From: a virus
Length of the DNA: 64,000 nt
Virus record (IMG/VR): IMGVR_UViG_3300008267_000014
Coordinates: 1-64,000 of that record
Direction: 5' to 3' (one strand)
Shown: positions 8,201-18,191 of the stretch, piece after piece
Numbering within the stretch: position 1 is the stretch's first letter
Layout of the letters: each line of letters begins with the position of its first letter
Made by a program: the position numbers and the translations under genes
Notes under the pieces: generated by a model
The model's database searches: none
Told to the model about the DNA's origin: nothing
The model's input: the letters and a program-made list of their open reading frames with translations, nothing else

Positions 8201-10162
8201 ATAAAAATTGACCCTATACCTGAAACTAAAAAAGATAGTACTTTACCTAAAGAAGTTGTTAAACCTGAAACCGCAACGACTCAAGCAATACCATCACCAA
8301 AACCACAACCAACAGTTTCTATTGAAAAGAAACTAAAAGAAGGTTTATCTAAAAAAATATTAAGAAATTTATTGTCAGAATGTGATTATTTTGAGGTTAT
8401 TAAAGAAAGTGACCCAATGATTTATACATCAATTAAGGAAAAAATTAAATATTTTAATCCTGCGTTTCACTCAATGACACCTGAAGGTTTAAATGCTCGT
8501 TTGGTTTTTTTAAATCAGTGTATGAGACCTGGTGAAACAATACCTATTATTGGTACTGATGGTAAACCAAAGAATAGTGATGCTATGAATACGTCTTTTG
8601 GTGCTCCACCTGTGTTAATTTTAAGAATTGGTGATTTTTACAACACTAAAATAATTCCAAATAATTTATCTATAACTTATGACCCACTACTTTTTGATAT
8701 TAATCCTGAAGGGATTGGTGTGCAACCAATGATTGCTAAAGTAACATTAACTTTTAACATGATTGGGGGTATGGGATTAGCGAAACCTGTTGAACAATTA
8801 CAAAATGCGTTATCGTTTAATTATTATGCTAATACTGAAATATATGATGAAAGAGCAACTCCAACGGAAGATACTTCAGCTATTGATAAAAAAGTTTTAG
8901 ATGCTTTATTAGCAAAACAACCACCGGTTACCGTTAATAATGTTGTTGATAATAAACAAAATGATGCTGCGTCGACTATAGGAGAAATTATTTCAACAGT
9001 ACCGTTAAATGCTAATGGTGAAACAGGTGAGATTAGTTATAAAACGATAATGGATAAATTATTAGATAATACAAAAACGTATTTTACTAACATTTATAAT
9101 ACATTAGAAGAAATTGTAAAACAAACCAATTATGGTGTGTTACAGACAATTAATCGTGAACGTAATTTTAAAGAAGGTACTTTAGAAACTAATTCACCGG
9201 CGGTTAAAAATAAAACGTATATCTATGGTAAACCATCTAACGTTAGCGGTAGTTTGGATAATTTATTTAATTTAGCTATTAGTGATATTAGTAGTGGTGT
9301 TAATCCTATCATTAGTAAATTAACTAATGAAAAGTTTACCGATGAAAGTGTTATTACAATTATTAAAAATAATTTAATAACATATATTAGAAATGTTAAA
9401 TCGTCAATGGTTTTAGATGTTAATAATATTGTTAATAACAAATTAAGTACTCCACAACAAGAATATATACAGTATATAAGAAAACTAAATTTTGTTAATA
9501 GTTTAAGTGATGGTAAATTACTTGAAACGGGTGTCCCTAAGATATATAATATATCCAAAACAGATAAAGTTACTAATACAGGTCCTAATGTTGTATACGC
9601 TGATACATATGAAGAATTTTACGGTGATTATTTAACGGTATATATTCAGTTAGAAGAATATTTGATAACTCTTAGTAACAAACAAATAATACCTGTAACA
9701 ACAGTTACTGATGGTAGTTTTACACCGATATCTAAATTTAACGGAAGTCGAGAAGATATGACATTTTTTATGGTTATTTCTAGAATTTTTATGGATAAAA
9801 ATAAAGTAGATGATTTTAAAAAACAAATAATGACGGCGAATGTGAAGAATGTTACTAAACCTAAAAAATTAGAAAAAACATTCAATAAAATTGTTGATGA
9901 TTTAGTAGATACTTATAGTGACGAAGTTAAGTCTGAAGAAAAATTATACAGTAAATTTAAAACAGATTCTGAATTTACGAAATACACTAAAGACATTGAA
10001 ACACTTTTATATAAAAAAGGTAAAACTAGAGTTTTTAATTTTACGACAGTTCCTGACCCCGCTAAAAAGGATACACAAGAAAAAGCGTTAAAAGATTTAT
10101 ACGCACCACTAAACCCTAATACTGATGTTAAAACATTTGATGGTAAAGTTAAATTTAATTAA
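5204..10162 (+). CDS. Large baseplate / tail-tube-initiator protein with inserted OmpA-like domain
   Basis: FPPYDISFND..GRPEPIYTY..RTGSLSWKI and PPVLILRIGD..LSITYD..PMIAKVTLTF tube-fold motifs; EGSAS..YNALLSQRRIDSV..GRGE..CRRVKI OmpA-like motif. Confidence 0.6.
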   Translation: MSNSSLSFISTNNFRNSLMVKNLKKYSVVGNYTPPSGPLNYEAPINNYSVKDSDDTLISNDPFASKLYPLNTYGPNGGYNLNISFNRPPLPVKPNQGPYKPNESYLLSLSNNFLNRLPKSPAIINTYIPLGGYKSTYDVIDTINKRHIFLPYLNSFNASTYTAYDILKYDNPTGSDGSLSQDSFIAKIGSKRLNFSLSERINVETKKTLTGGQIFNITVGSIDSGLQSRLSGSYFPTSTIPGDYFDDSNQPNTLTNQTANALNVVNKLTGGFLGPILTTKTKPSQVFINNSGDGQVSLLFNNLSYNRYSPGYDKKGQTTSNVGVGITSLLLNAVNINGDINSTYYVGSKTNEPSSITSPMGAVPITPFGEQSSTPVYGPSEIGQLFEGNIGQLNFGLAGKSTSNGGGLDGGLVWVSPKYKSNAGFHAVPGGGSGSKDDEFNQISSLYSKAESTNLIFKRSSILDYTQRLVDSADNVSGINRLKHVGNAINQVSKVFNDGYKEITKGSQVLSYLDNTTGNEKGIEYCRVFTKDTPYYTYADLQKTDGITTSGRRFTNSVLDNTFNLNIAPLKNPGSTNIQQNSKGDFVAKKYMFSIENLAWRTSSRDGFRYDDLPVCEKGPNGGRVMWFPPYDISFNDSSTANWQPTTFLGRPEPIYTYKDTNRTGSLSWKIIVDHPSIMNTIVDKQLKGKSKERIDSIINSFFAGCVKYDIYELAIKFNTIPVNELYTYQQILNNPRLTDVETVSNIIKNIPAGNSNNNNTPTSDITNNNNNKEVIVDPALDEFKNNYIDFGFYFDNDVPGPSKGTVSNVNFESAYNSYVSTSNIDEYVKISEKTFNDGSEKNVKSFFDNFVTGNYNKFCGGDKNFIIDAYNILEKKLGTITIIMEGSASATASNDYNALLSQRRIDSVRKFFETKEVGGKSLGKFLGKTFNIKSATGRGEDTVIPKSYTIDNKEINDSPTGQEVNCNQDIKDKNGVVTSNSQKYSTSAMACRRVKIKEIKIDPIPETKKDSTLPKEVVKPETATTQAIPSPKPQPTVSIEKKLKEGLSKKILRNLLSECDYFEVIKESDPMIYTSIKEKIKYFNPAFHSMTPEGLNARLVFLNQCMRPGETIPIIGTDGKPKNSDAMNTSFGAPPVLILRIGDFYNTKIIPNNLSITYDPLLFDINPEGIGVQPMIAKVTLTFNMIGGMGLAKPVEQLQNALSFNYYANTEIYDERATPTEDTSAIDKKVLDALLAKQPPVTVNNVVDNKQNDAASTIGEIISTVPLNANGETGEISYKTIMDKLLDNTKTYFTNIYNTLEEIVKQTNYGVLQTINRERNFKEGTLETNSPAVKNKTYIYGKPSNVSGSLDNLFNLAISDISSGVNPIISKLTNEKFTDESVITIIKNNLITYIRNVKSSMVLDVNNIVNNKLSTPQQEYIQYIRKLNFVNSLSDGKLLETGVPKIYNISKTDKVTNTGPNVVYADTYEEFYGDYLTVYIQLEEYLITLSNKQIIPVTTVTDGSFTPISKFNGSREDMTFFMVISRIFMDKNKVDDFKKQIMTANVKNVTKPKKLEKTFNKIVDDLVDTYSDEVKSEEKLYSKFKTDSEFTKYTKDIETLLYKKGKTRVFNFTTVPDPAKKDTQEKALKDLYAPLNPNTDVKTFDGKVKFN

Positions 10163-10164
10163 TT

Positions 10165-10491
10165 ATGGCTGGTAGACAATATTATAATCGATATGGTAAT
10201 TTTTTAATTAATGGTCAACAAACTGTTGTTCCTTATGTTGAATTAACGAGTAAAAGCACTGATAAACGGTATATTTACAAAATTGGTCAATCGAGACTTG
10301 ATAAAATATCACAACAAAATTATGGGACACCATATTTTGGGTGGTTAATATTATTGGCTAATCCTAAATTTGGGGGACAAGAATGGAATATAACTGATGG
10401 TTCTATATTGACAATTCCATATCCTTTAGTAGCTTCTTTACAAGATTATAACAATCAATTAGAAACACATTTCTTTTATTATGGTAGATAA
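10165..10491 (+). CDS. LysM-like baseplate protein (T4 gp53 / P2 gpX-like)
   Basis: SRLDKISQQNYGTPYFGWLILLANP..GSILTIP motif. Confidence 0.7.
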   Translation: MAGRQYYNRYGNFLINGQQTVVPYVELTSKSTDKRYIYKIGQSRLDKISQQNYGTPYFGWLILLANPKFGGQEWNITDGSILTIPYPLVASLQDYNNQLETHFFYYGR

Positions 10492-13400
10492 CAATGAAAA
10501 CATATTAGTCGATTTTGATTACAACAATATTATAATAGTTGACCCAAATAAAGTACTTGATAATAACGGTAAATCTAAAGAAAGATATGTAAGTCATGAA
10601 AATTTAGTAATGTATGCTAATCTTGAGTGTAAGTTATTACCAAGAACTAAATTAGCGATAGGTGCTGCTTATAATGATTCTATACAAACAGTCTCCGTTG
10701 CAACTATAAATTTTTTAAAACCGGGTGATAAAACTTTTTTAGATAATAGTTGGACTGATGAGTTAACAGGTAAAGATTCATTAAAGGGTGAAGGTATTAA
10801 TCAACCGAATCAAACATCGGTTACTAATCCTAATAAAAGTAATGATTTTTATATACGACAAACCATATATTCTAGTGGTAAAGAAACTGCAACTGATACG
10901 GGATTATTGGGTATTGTTTCTATTAATATAAGACAAGGACTTGATTTTCTACCAACGTTTGAGATTAATTTAATTGATATTAAAGGTAGAGCGTTATTTG
11001 AAGCTGGTAATAGTTCACCATATGCCGCGTTTTTTAACATGCCTTATCCACCATTTACGTTAACGATTAAAGGTTATTATGGTAAAGCAGTTAAGTATAC
11101 CTTATATATGAGAACGTTTGATGCTTCATATGATACAGGTACAGGAAATTTTCATCTAAAATTAAATTTTTACACTTATAAATATTCGTGTATAGCTGAA
11201 GTACAAATGAAATACTTATTGGCGGTATCTAATATGTATAAGTCAACATATTCAATTAAACCACAAAGTGGTGGGGGTGGTAACTTAACTGAAGTTAAAG
11301 ATGTTATTTCATCTAAAGGTTATGAAAAAATTAAAGAAGTTTATAGTGAATTTAAAACTAAAGGTTTAGTACCTGAAAATTTTCCAGAAATGACTTTAAT
11401 GGGTTTACGTTATAGAATTGAAAATTTTGTAACAAACACTCTTGATTCATTTGTTAAAACTAATACTGACCCATTAACTAATGTGGTTTCATATCAAACA
11501 CAATTAAACGAGTTTAAACGTGAAGTGTACTTATACGAATTTTCTAAATCATGGTTCGATAAGTATATGGATAAAGTTAATTATTTAATAATTGATAATC
11601 CAAATGTTGTTGGTTCTATAAATAAAAAAATAAAAGTTTATACATTTAAACCTGAAATTAAAATGCAGGATAGAGCTAATTCATTAGCTTCGTTAAATGA
11701 ATTGATATTAAAATATAAAAATATATTAAATTCTAATGTAACGTTAGGTATTAATGGTTCTTATACCGTTAACGGAAAAAAAACTGTTTCGGAAATACCA
11801 TTTACTATAACTAATACTGATATCTTTAAAATCGAATTCACATCTGACGACATTGATGTAACTGAAACTTATAGACAAGTTACGGGTAAACAAGGTATAC
11901 CGACTGTTGAAGAATTAGATAAATTTAAAGCGGACATTATTGTTAAAAAAATTGGTAATCAAAAACTTGTTAAAAAAGATGGTAATTTAGAAGAAAAAGT
12001 TGAATGGTTTTATTTTGAAGGTGACAATAGTTTTATGGATAGAATTGAGAAAATGAATAAAAGTCTCAACTCATGGAAAGAAAAAATCGAAAATGATTTA
12101 ACAGATTCTTTAAGTAACTTAATTCAAAGTTCTGACAATGGGATAGGATTCCTACCTACAATTAGAAATGTTTTAGGTGTTGTATTTGCGAATGGTGAAG
12201 CGTTTTTACGATTATTAGATGATACTCACAAAACGGCTTGGATTGAGAGAGATAATATTGAAAGAAAAAGAGCTATCTTTAAAAACGATACATCTAATGC
12301 TAATCCCGATAATATAAGTTCGGGGTCTAATGAGAAATTACCGGTTTATCCTTGGCCGACATATATGGTATCGACTAATGGTGATGATGGTTATGAAAGA
12401 TTTGAATTAAGATATCCCGGTGACGACAATGTTGTTGGGGAAACCAATGGTTTTAAATTTGATGTTTGGCCTGAAATTGAGTTTGTCGAAGAATTTTTAA
12501 GAGGTTATACTGATAGAGGTGTTGAACCTAAAATAAGTCAACCTAAATTTAATGAAGTTACTGATACTAAAAGAATAACACTTAATGCGATTGAATTCCC
12601 AATCACAAATACTGTTTATGAAAATAAAGAAGAAGTAAAATTCTTTTACGAGATTTTTGAACGAATATTTTCAATTACTAATTATAGTAGATTAACACGT
12701 TCTAACGGTATTTCAACAAATGAAGATAAAATAGCTGAATTAATTTCAGAATCAGAACTTTTAAATATTAAAGAAAGTTTATCAAACGATAATCCATTCT
12801 TAATTAAGAAACTAAAAGAATATGGATTTAATTCTTCTAATTTTATTAGTTTGTTAAAACATATTTCAAATGAGGGTGTCGGTATTAGCTGGCAAAATTT
12901 TATTAGAGGTATTTTTAATACGCCTTACATTAAATCACAATCAGAAAATAGTTCGTTTTCTTTTATAAATCAGGATGTCATTAATAATGATATAACAAAA
13001 CCATTACTTAGCCTAACTAAAGAAAAAGATTTTGTTGAATATATTTCAAACTCAACAACAAGTAATAATTTTGATATTTTAGATACATACCCTTTTATTG
13101 ATACTAATTGGTGTAAAACTAATTTATCTGATAGTGGTTCATTTAATATTAGTAATGATGCGTTTAATACAACTAAAGTATTAACGTTTAACACTACATT
13201 AAAATCTATAACTAATTTTAATACTGATAAATTATACCCTTTTACTAATTTTATTTATAAAGATGTTATCACACCTACACCTGAAAAATCACCAAATTTA
13301 GCGGATTTTTATAGAAGTAGAACCCCTGATAAACAAATAGTAACTGAAGGTAATTTAAATTATTTTAATTATAGTGGTAACGTTATTTCAAACCAAACGG

Positions 13401-16400
13401 TATCAATGTTAAACACACCTTACTTTATTAATTCGATACAAGAAGGTATAAAAAACTTTAGGAATTTTGATACTAATCCATTTGTCAGTAGTGCTTATTT
13501 ATTTTTAAACAGTTTACCATTATCAACATTAAGGGAGAAATATAAGAAATATGATAATAATACATCTGTTGATTTAGATTATATTTTTGCAACTCTTAAA
13601 AAATTCGGTGCTTTACATGATGTGCCGTATGTGTGGATATTAAAATTAGGTTCTATTTGGCATCGATATAAAAAATATATCGAAAGTGGTGTCGACATAT
13701 TAGATAATGTATGGAAAGATTTTGATTATGTTACTAATTTTGACCCTGTTACTTCAGCTACTACTAAGGATTATATTTTAACTATAAATGGTGGTAACGT
13801 TGATATTATATTAGAAAAAAACACGACGTTAGGTAGTCAAACTAGTTCATTAATTAACACAGGGTTTTATCCTAAATTGATAAATGATTTTAACGTTTTT
13901 TATCAAGGTTTTGAAGTCTTTACAGGTTATACTAGTACTGATTTACAATATGGTATTGATAATTTTGGTGTTAAATTACAATATGTTCCGAGTGCTTTAA
14001 TTCAAAAAAGTAAGGGATTTGACGAAAATAATGTTAATAGAACTTTAACCATAATTCCTTGGAGTACTTATGTTGAGTCTGTTGATGGGGCTAATATGTT
14101 TACATTCCCCTCAATTGGAAGTGTTTTAAATCAAACATATAATGAATGTTTTAAAAATGATATTTTAACTGAAGAAGTTTCGGGTAACACATCAATGTAT
14201 AATGGGTCAGTACGATTATTTTGGTCATTACCTAATTATGGTTATTATGATAATAGTAGAGTTGTTAAACCAACACCATTACAACATTTAAAAAAGATAT
14301 TGTCAGGAAGAACCCAAGAAAATTTCTCAATAAATAGTACACCATATGACTATTCAGATATTAGTGAAATGTTTTCAGTTTTTGAAAAAGATGTTTTAGA
14401 TTTATTCGAATCTAAATTCTTAGATTTTTCTAAATCCAAATATGATTCTGAACCATCAAATGAAAGTAATTTTGGTACTAATTTCCAAAGTCTGATGATT
14501 GACTTAATGAAAATTACTAATCAAACAGGTAAAACAGGTACTGAAATTGTTGAAAACATTCAACAAACACAATTATCTAATTTTAATACGGTGATTAGTA
14601 AGTTTTTTGATAAGAAGTTACTCATTAAATATGGTAACCCATCTTCATTTAATAAAAAATTATTTTATACGTTTTCTAACTATGAAATTGTTGACCCATA
14701 TCAATGGGGGTATTATCAGACTTTAACACCTGATGCGTTACCTTATAATGGTGGGAATATTACCCTACAATCATCTAAAACTAATTATCCTAATGAGTGG
14801 AAAGCGTTAGAAACTTATGTGGGGTTTAGTAATATTACTTTCTTAAAATATACTGATAACGGTTCTTTTATAACTGACTTTTTTATTGATTTTAATATTG
14901 CATTTTCTGTTGAAAATATTAAGAATTTAACACCAATTATTAAAATATATGCTAGTCAAAAATTAACAGAATATATTAATAATACCGGACTACCATCAAC
15001 TACTGATGATAAAAATTCATACGCTATATTGAAAGATGGTAATATTGTTGAGATATTAAGAGGTCCTGATAATAAACAAACTGCGGTCTTATTAAGACCT
15101 GATAGAACTAAAATATTTGTTGGTAAATCTAAAGTACAACCTATTGATTTAATTTTAATTGAAGAAATGATATTGAATTATTACGGACCTTTGGGGTTGA
15201 TACGAAATCCTATAGTTTCTAAAGAAATTAGACCGAAAAAATTGATAACCAATCAAAATCCTAAATCAAACTTTAATAGTGAAAATTTTAAAAGGATGAT
15301 GGATTTATATATTAACAGTACCATTCTTTTCCAAGATAGGATAATTAATAATTTAATGATTAATTTACAATCTAATTTAGCTAATGTTAATTTCACACCA
15401 CAACGTAAGATTAATAGTGCAACTACCGGTAATGTTGCTAAATTAGATTTATGGGAAAGTTTTAAATCAATAAATGATAAATGGATAGCTGGCACTGATT
15501 TTAGTGAAAAAACATTATTTGAGGATATTTTATTCTTAGATAGGGCTAGTAGAAATATCGGTGATGTTTTATTAGTTGATATATATAAATTAAAAAATAG
15601 AATTGAACAATTATATAAAACTTCTGATAATGTAGATATGTACTCATTTGTTGCGTCTATTTTATCTGAAAATAATTTTCAGTATTCCAATATCCCTGGA
15701 TATGTTAATTATTATAATGTCCAAGATGCTGTTAAAAATTCTAATCCAAAATCTGAAGGTACTTCTGAATTTGCAAATACCTTATTTGGTACATTTATGA
15801 ATGTTGATACACGTAATTCATCATCTAAAATGGTATGTACTTACGCTGGTAAACCTAGTAGTGTTATTGCAATAAATAATGTTGATTTTAAATTTAGAGA
15901 TGACGCATTTGATTTAAGAAAAGCTAGTGATAATCCATTAATTGAAAATCAAAAAGATAAAAAAGATTGGGATAAATCTAATAAAGTTGTTGGTTTTAAT
16001 GTTGATATTGGGACACAAAATCAATCCATTTTTAATGGTTTTAAAGTTAGTCAAAATTCAGGTAAACCAACGGCCGAATCTTTGGCGGTTGAAACTATGA
16101 TGGCGAATGTTTCTAATGGTAAACAATTTGCAACACAAACAGTTTCACTATATAATTTATATAAAAATAGAAGTTATACTTGTAACATTACTATGATGGG
16201 TAATGCGTTAATACAACCGTTGATGTATTTTAATTTGAGATATGTCCCTATGTTTCACGGACCTTATATGATTACAAGTGTTAATCATAGTATATCACCG
16301 GGCTCTTTTGTTACTAATATCGAAGGTATTAGACAACCAACTGCGTCACTTCCTAAAATTGATGATTATTTACAGTCGATAAAAACCAATTTATTAACAA

Positions 16401-17104
16401 CTGTTATTGAAAACATCAAAGAAAAATCTAAAAAAGAATTAACTAAAGAACAAAAAGAAGTTAAAGAAACACCTAATGTAATTAATCAAAATAATTCAAC
16501 AACAGCCATGGCATCGAGTGGTAAGATATTGGAAGTGTCTAATACTTGTTCTAATATGTTAAACAGTAAATATAATAGTTATGTTGGTGATAATACGCCT
16601 GGATTATATGAACTTAATATTAGTGATATAACTAATAAGATAGAAACAAGGATGTCGGCCTTAAATATTGATGATGATGGTAAATTAAAATATGTGGTGT
16701 TTTCAGTATTTTACATTTTTTCATCTACTAAGAATGACACTATTGAAGGATATGGTTATAATTTTTCAGGTGTTAAATTAAACAACGCTTGGAATTCGGG
16801 AGCGAAGTTTAAAACTGAATATTTTTGTTATAATGATGGTAAGAATAATTTACCATATGCTATTTTTACTTCTCTTGAGGATAATATTGATTTATTATTA
16901 AATAGATGGAAATTAAGAATGGGTGATGTGCCTGATTTAAAACCTGAAACTATTGCTAAATTTTGGTTTATAAATAAAGATTCAATTAAATTAACAGACA
17001 CCGCTTATGACATTTACAAAGACAAAAATAAAACAGAACTTAGTAATATTGAAAGTAAAATAAAAAAAGGTTTACAGTTATTTAATGCAAATTTAAGAAA
17101 TTGA
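10481..17104 (+). CDS. Large baseplate hub-like structural protein (2207 aa)
   Basis: Follows the LysM protein; GIVSINI..FEINLIDIKG..PFTLTIKGYYG near the N-terminus and CNITMMGNALIQP..GPYMITSVNHSISPGSFVT near the C-terminus resemble gp27/gpD hub motifs. Confidence 0.55.
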   Translation: MVDNNENILVDFDYNNIIIVDPNKVLDNNGKSKERYVSHENLVMYANLECKLLPRTKLAIGAAYNDSIQTVSVATINFLKPGDKTFLDNSWTDELTGKDSLKGEGINQPNQTSVTNPNKSNDFYIRQTIYSSGKETATDTGLLGIVSINIRQGLDFLPTFEINLIDIKGRALFEAGNSSPYAAFFNMPYPPFTLTIKGYYGKAVKYTLYMRTFDASYDTGTGNFHLKLNFYTYKYSCIAEVQMKYLLAVSNMYKSTYSIKPQSGGGGNLTEVKDVISSKGYEKIKEVYSEFKTKGLVPENFPEMTLMGLRYRIENFVTNTLDSFVKTNTDPLTNVVSYQTQLNEFKREVYLYEFSKSWFDKYMDKVNYLIIDNPNVVGSINKKIKVYTFKPEIKMQDRANSLASLNELILKYKNILNSNVTLGINGSYTVNGKKTVSEIPFTITNTDIFKIEFTSDDIDVTETYRQVTGKQGIPTVEELDKFKADIIVKKIGNQKLVKKDGNLEEKVEWFYFEGDNSFMDRIEKMNKSLNSWKEKIENDLTDSLSNLIQSSDNGIGFLPTIRNVLGVVFANGEAFLRLLDDTHKTAWIERDNIERKRAIFKNDTSNANPDNISSGSNEKLPVYPWPTYMVSTNGDDGYERFELRYPGDDNVVGETNGFKFDVWPEIEFVEEFLRGYTDRGVEPKISQPKFNEVTDTKRITLNAIEFPITNTVYENKEEVKFFYEIFERIFSITNYSRLTRSNGISTNEDKIAELISESELLNIKESLSNDNPFLIKKLKEYGFNSSNFISLLKHISNEGVGISWQNFIRGIFNTPYIKSQSENSSFSFINQDVINNDITKPLLSLTKEKDFVEYISNSTTSNNFDILDTYPFIDTNWCKTNLSDSGSFNISNDAFNTTKVLTFNTTLKSITNFNTDKLYPFTNFIYKDVITPTPEKSPNLADFYRSRTPDKQIVTEGNLNYFNYSGNVISNQTVSMLNTPYFINSIQEGIKNFRNFDTNPFVSSAYLFLNSLPLSTLREKYKKYDNNTSVDLDYIFATLKKFGALHDVPYVWILKLGSIWHRYKKYIESGVDILDNVWKDFDYVTNFDPVTSATTKDYILTINGGNVDIILEKNTTLGSQTSSLINTGFYPKLINDFNVFYQGFEVFTGYTSTDLQYGIDNFGVKLQYVPSALIQKSKGFDENNVNRTLTIIPWSTYVESVDGANMFTFPSIGSVLNQTYNECFKNDILTEEVSGNTSMYNGSVRLFWSLPNYGYYDNSRVVKPTPLQHLKKILSGRTQENFSINSTPYDYSDISEMFSVFEKDVLDLFESKFLDFSKSKYDSEPSNESNFGTNFQSLMIDLMKITNQTGKTGTEIVENIQQTQLSNFNTVISKFFDKKLLIKYGNPSSFNKKLFYTFSNYEIVDPYQWGYYQTLTPDALPYNGGNITLQSSKTNYPNEWKALETYVGFSNITFLKYTDNGSFITDFFIDFNIAFSVENIKNLTPIIKIYASQKLTEYINNTGLPSTTDDKNSYAILKDGNIVEILRGPDNKQTAVLLRPDRTKIFVGKSKVQPIDLILIEEMILNYYGPLGLIRNPIVSKEIRPKKLITNQNPKSNFNSENFKRMMDLYINSTILFQDRIINNLMINLQSNLANVNFTPQRKINSATTGNVAKLDLWESFKSINDKWIAGTDFSEKTLFEDILFLDRASRNIGDVLLVDIYKLKNRIEQLYKTSDNVDMYSFVASILSENNFQYSNIPGYVNYYNVQDAVKNSNPKSEGTSEFANTLFGTFMNVDTRNSSSKMVCTYAGKPSSVIAINNVDFKFRDDAFDLRKASDNPLIENQKDKKDWDKSNKVVGFNVDIGTQNQSIFNGFKVSQNSGKPTAESLAVETMMANVSNGKQFATQTVSLYNLYKNRSYTCNITMMGNALIQPLMYFNLRYVPMFHGPYMITSVNHSISPGSFVTNIEGIRQPTASLPKIDDYLQSIKTNLLTTVIENIKEKSKKELTKEQKEVKETPNVINQNNSTTAMASSGKILEVSNTCSNMLNSKYNSYVGDNTPGLYELNISDITNKIETRMSALNIDDDGKLKYVVFSVFYIFSSTKNDTIEGYGYNFSGVKLNNAWNSGAKFKTEYFCYNDGKNNLPYAIFTSLEDNIDLLLNRWKLRMGDVPDLKPETIAKFWFINKDSIKLTDTAYDIYKDKNKTELSNIESKIKKGLQLFNANLRN

Positions 17105-17145
17105 ATTTTTTTATAATTAACGATATTTATATATAAAATAATCTT

Positions 17146-17370
17146 ATGAATACTAAATTAATATTAGATAGTTATTTGGGTAAAAATACTCGATATACTG
17201 AAAAAGATGCCGGAAATGGTTTTAAAGAAGTGTGTGATTTGGACACGGGTGATTGTTATACTATCAGAATGAAAGATGGTTTGATTGAACGTGTTGATAA
17301 CACTATGAAAACACATAAAAAAATACAAGTAGAAACTTTAAACGGGGTAAAACAACTTTTAAATGGATAA
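17146..17370 (+). CDS. Hypothetical protein
   Basis: 74-aa ORF with an upstream TATTTAT motif and typical codon usage. Confidence 0.7.
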   Translation: MNTKLILDSYLGKNTRYTEKDAGNGFKEVCDLDTGDCYTIRMKDGLIERVDNTMKTHKKIQVETLNGVKQLLNG

Positions 17371-18061
17371 GAAAAATATGAAAATAGATATTAAAATATT
17401 AGAAGAGTTATCAAGATTTAACTCTATTAATAAATATATTAATGAGCAAACATTACCACCAGCACCCGGTGCTGAAGGTGAAATACCTCCACCCGCTGAA
17501 GCCGCACCTGTAGCTCCCGGAGCACCCGCTGAACCCGGTTTACCTGCCGACCCTAACGCAGCTGCACCTGGACTACCTGCACCACCTCAAGATAGTACAC
17601 CTATTGATGTAAATGCTGACCCTGATGTGGAAAAAATTGAAAATGGTAAGGGTGAAGGTGAAAAAGAAGAACTTGAAATTACTGATTTAGTAAAATCTCA
17701 GAAAAATGTTGAACAAAAACAAGAAGAGTATTTTAACAATCTATTTAACCAAATCCAAAATCTTGAAAAGAAATTAGGTGAAATGGATAATATTGTAACT
17801 AAATTAAATACTTTAGAAGCTAAAGTTGAAAAATATCGTGAAAAAACACCTCAAGAAAAACTTGAATTAAGAAGTTTAGATTCAGGACCGTTCAACCAAA
17901 AACTAACAGATTTTTTTATTGACAAACAAGAAGATATGGAAAAATCAGGTAAGAACGAATATATCTTAACTAAAGATGATGTTACAAATTTTACACCTAA
18001 TGAATTAAAAAAAACATTTAGGGATTTTGGTGACGAAGAAAACAAATTCAAACAAATATAA
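17363..18061 (+). CDS. Hypothetical protein with Pro/Ala-rich linker and coiled coil
   Basis: 232 aa; PPAPGAE..PAPP segment followed by a heptad-like region. Confidence 0.7.
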   Translation: MDKKNMKIDIKILEELSRFNSINKYINEQTLPPAPGAEGEIPPPAEAAPVAPGAPAEPGLPADPNAAAPGLPAPPQDSTPIDVNADPDVEKIENGKGEGEKEELEITDLVKSQKNVEQKQEEYFNNLFNQIQNLEKKLGEMDNIVTKLNTLEAKVEKYREKTPQEKLELRSLDSGPFNQKLTDFFIDKQEDMEKSGKNEYILTKDDVTNFTPNELKKTFRDFGDEENKFKQI

Positions 18062-18080
18062 TTAATTGAACATAATGTTA

Positions 18081-18123
18081 GAACTTGTCCACTTATAGAG
18101 ATATAATGGACAAGTTTTTTTTT
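18081..18123 (+). terminator. Rho-independent terminator
   Basis: AACTTGTCCA / TGGACAAGTT stem followed by a T run. Confidence 0.8.
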
Positions 18124-18133
18124 ACCCTAAAAT

Positions 18134-18162
18134 TTGACAAATTCATATTACTAACCTATAAT
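18134..18162 (+). promoter_or_regulatory. Consensus sigma70-type promoter upstream of the replication module
   Basis: TTGACA (18134-18139), 17-nt spacer, TATAAT (18157-18162). Confidence 0.75.
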
Positions 18163-18191
18163 TTATATAAACAATTAAACTTAAAATATAT

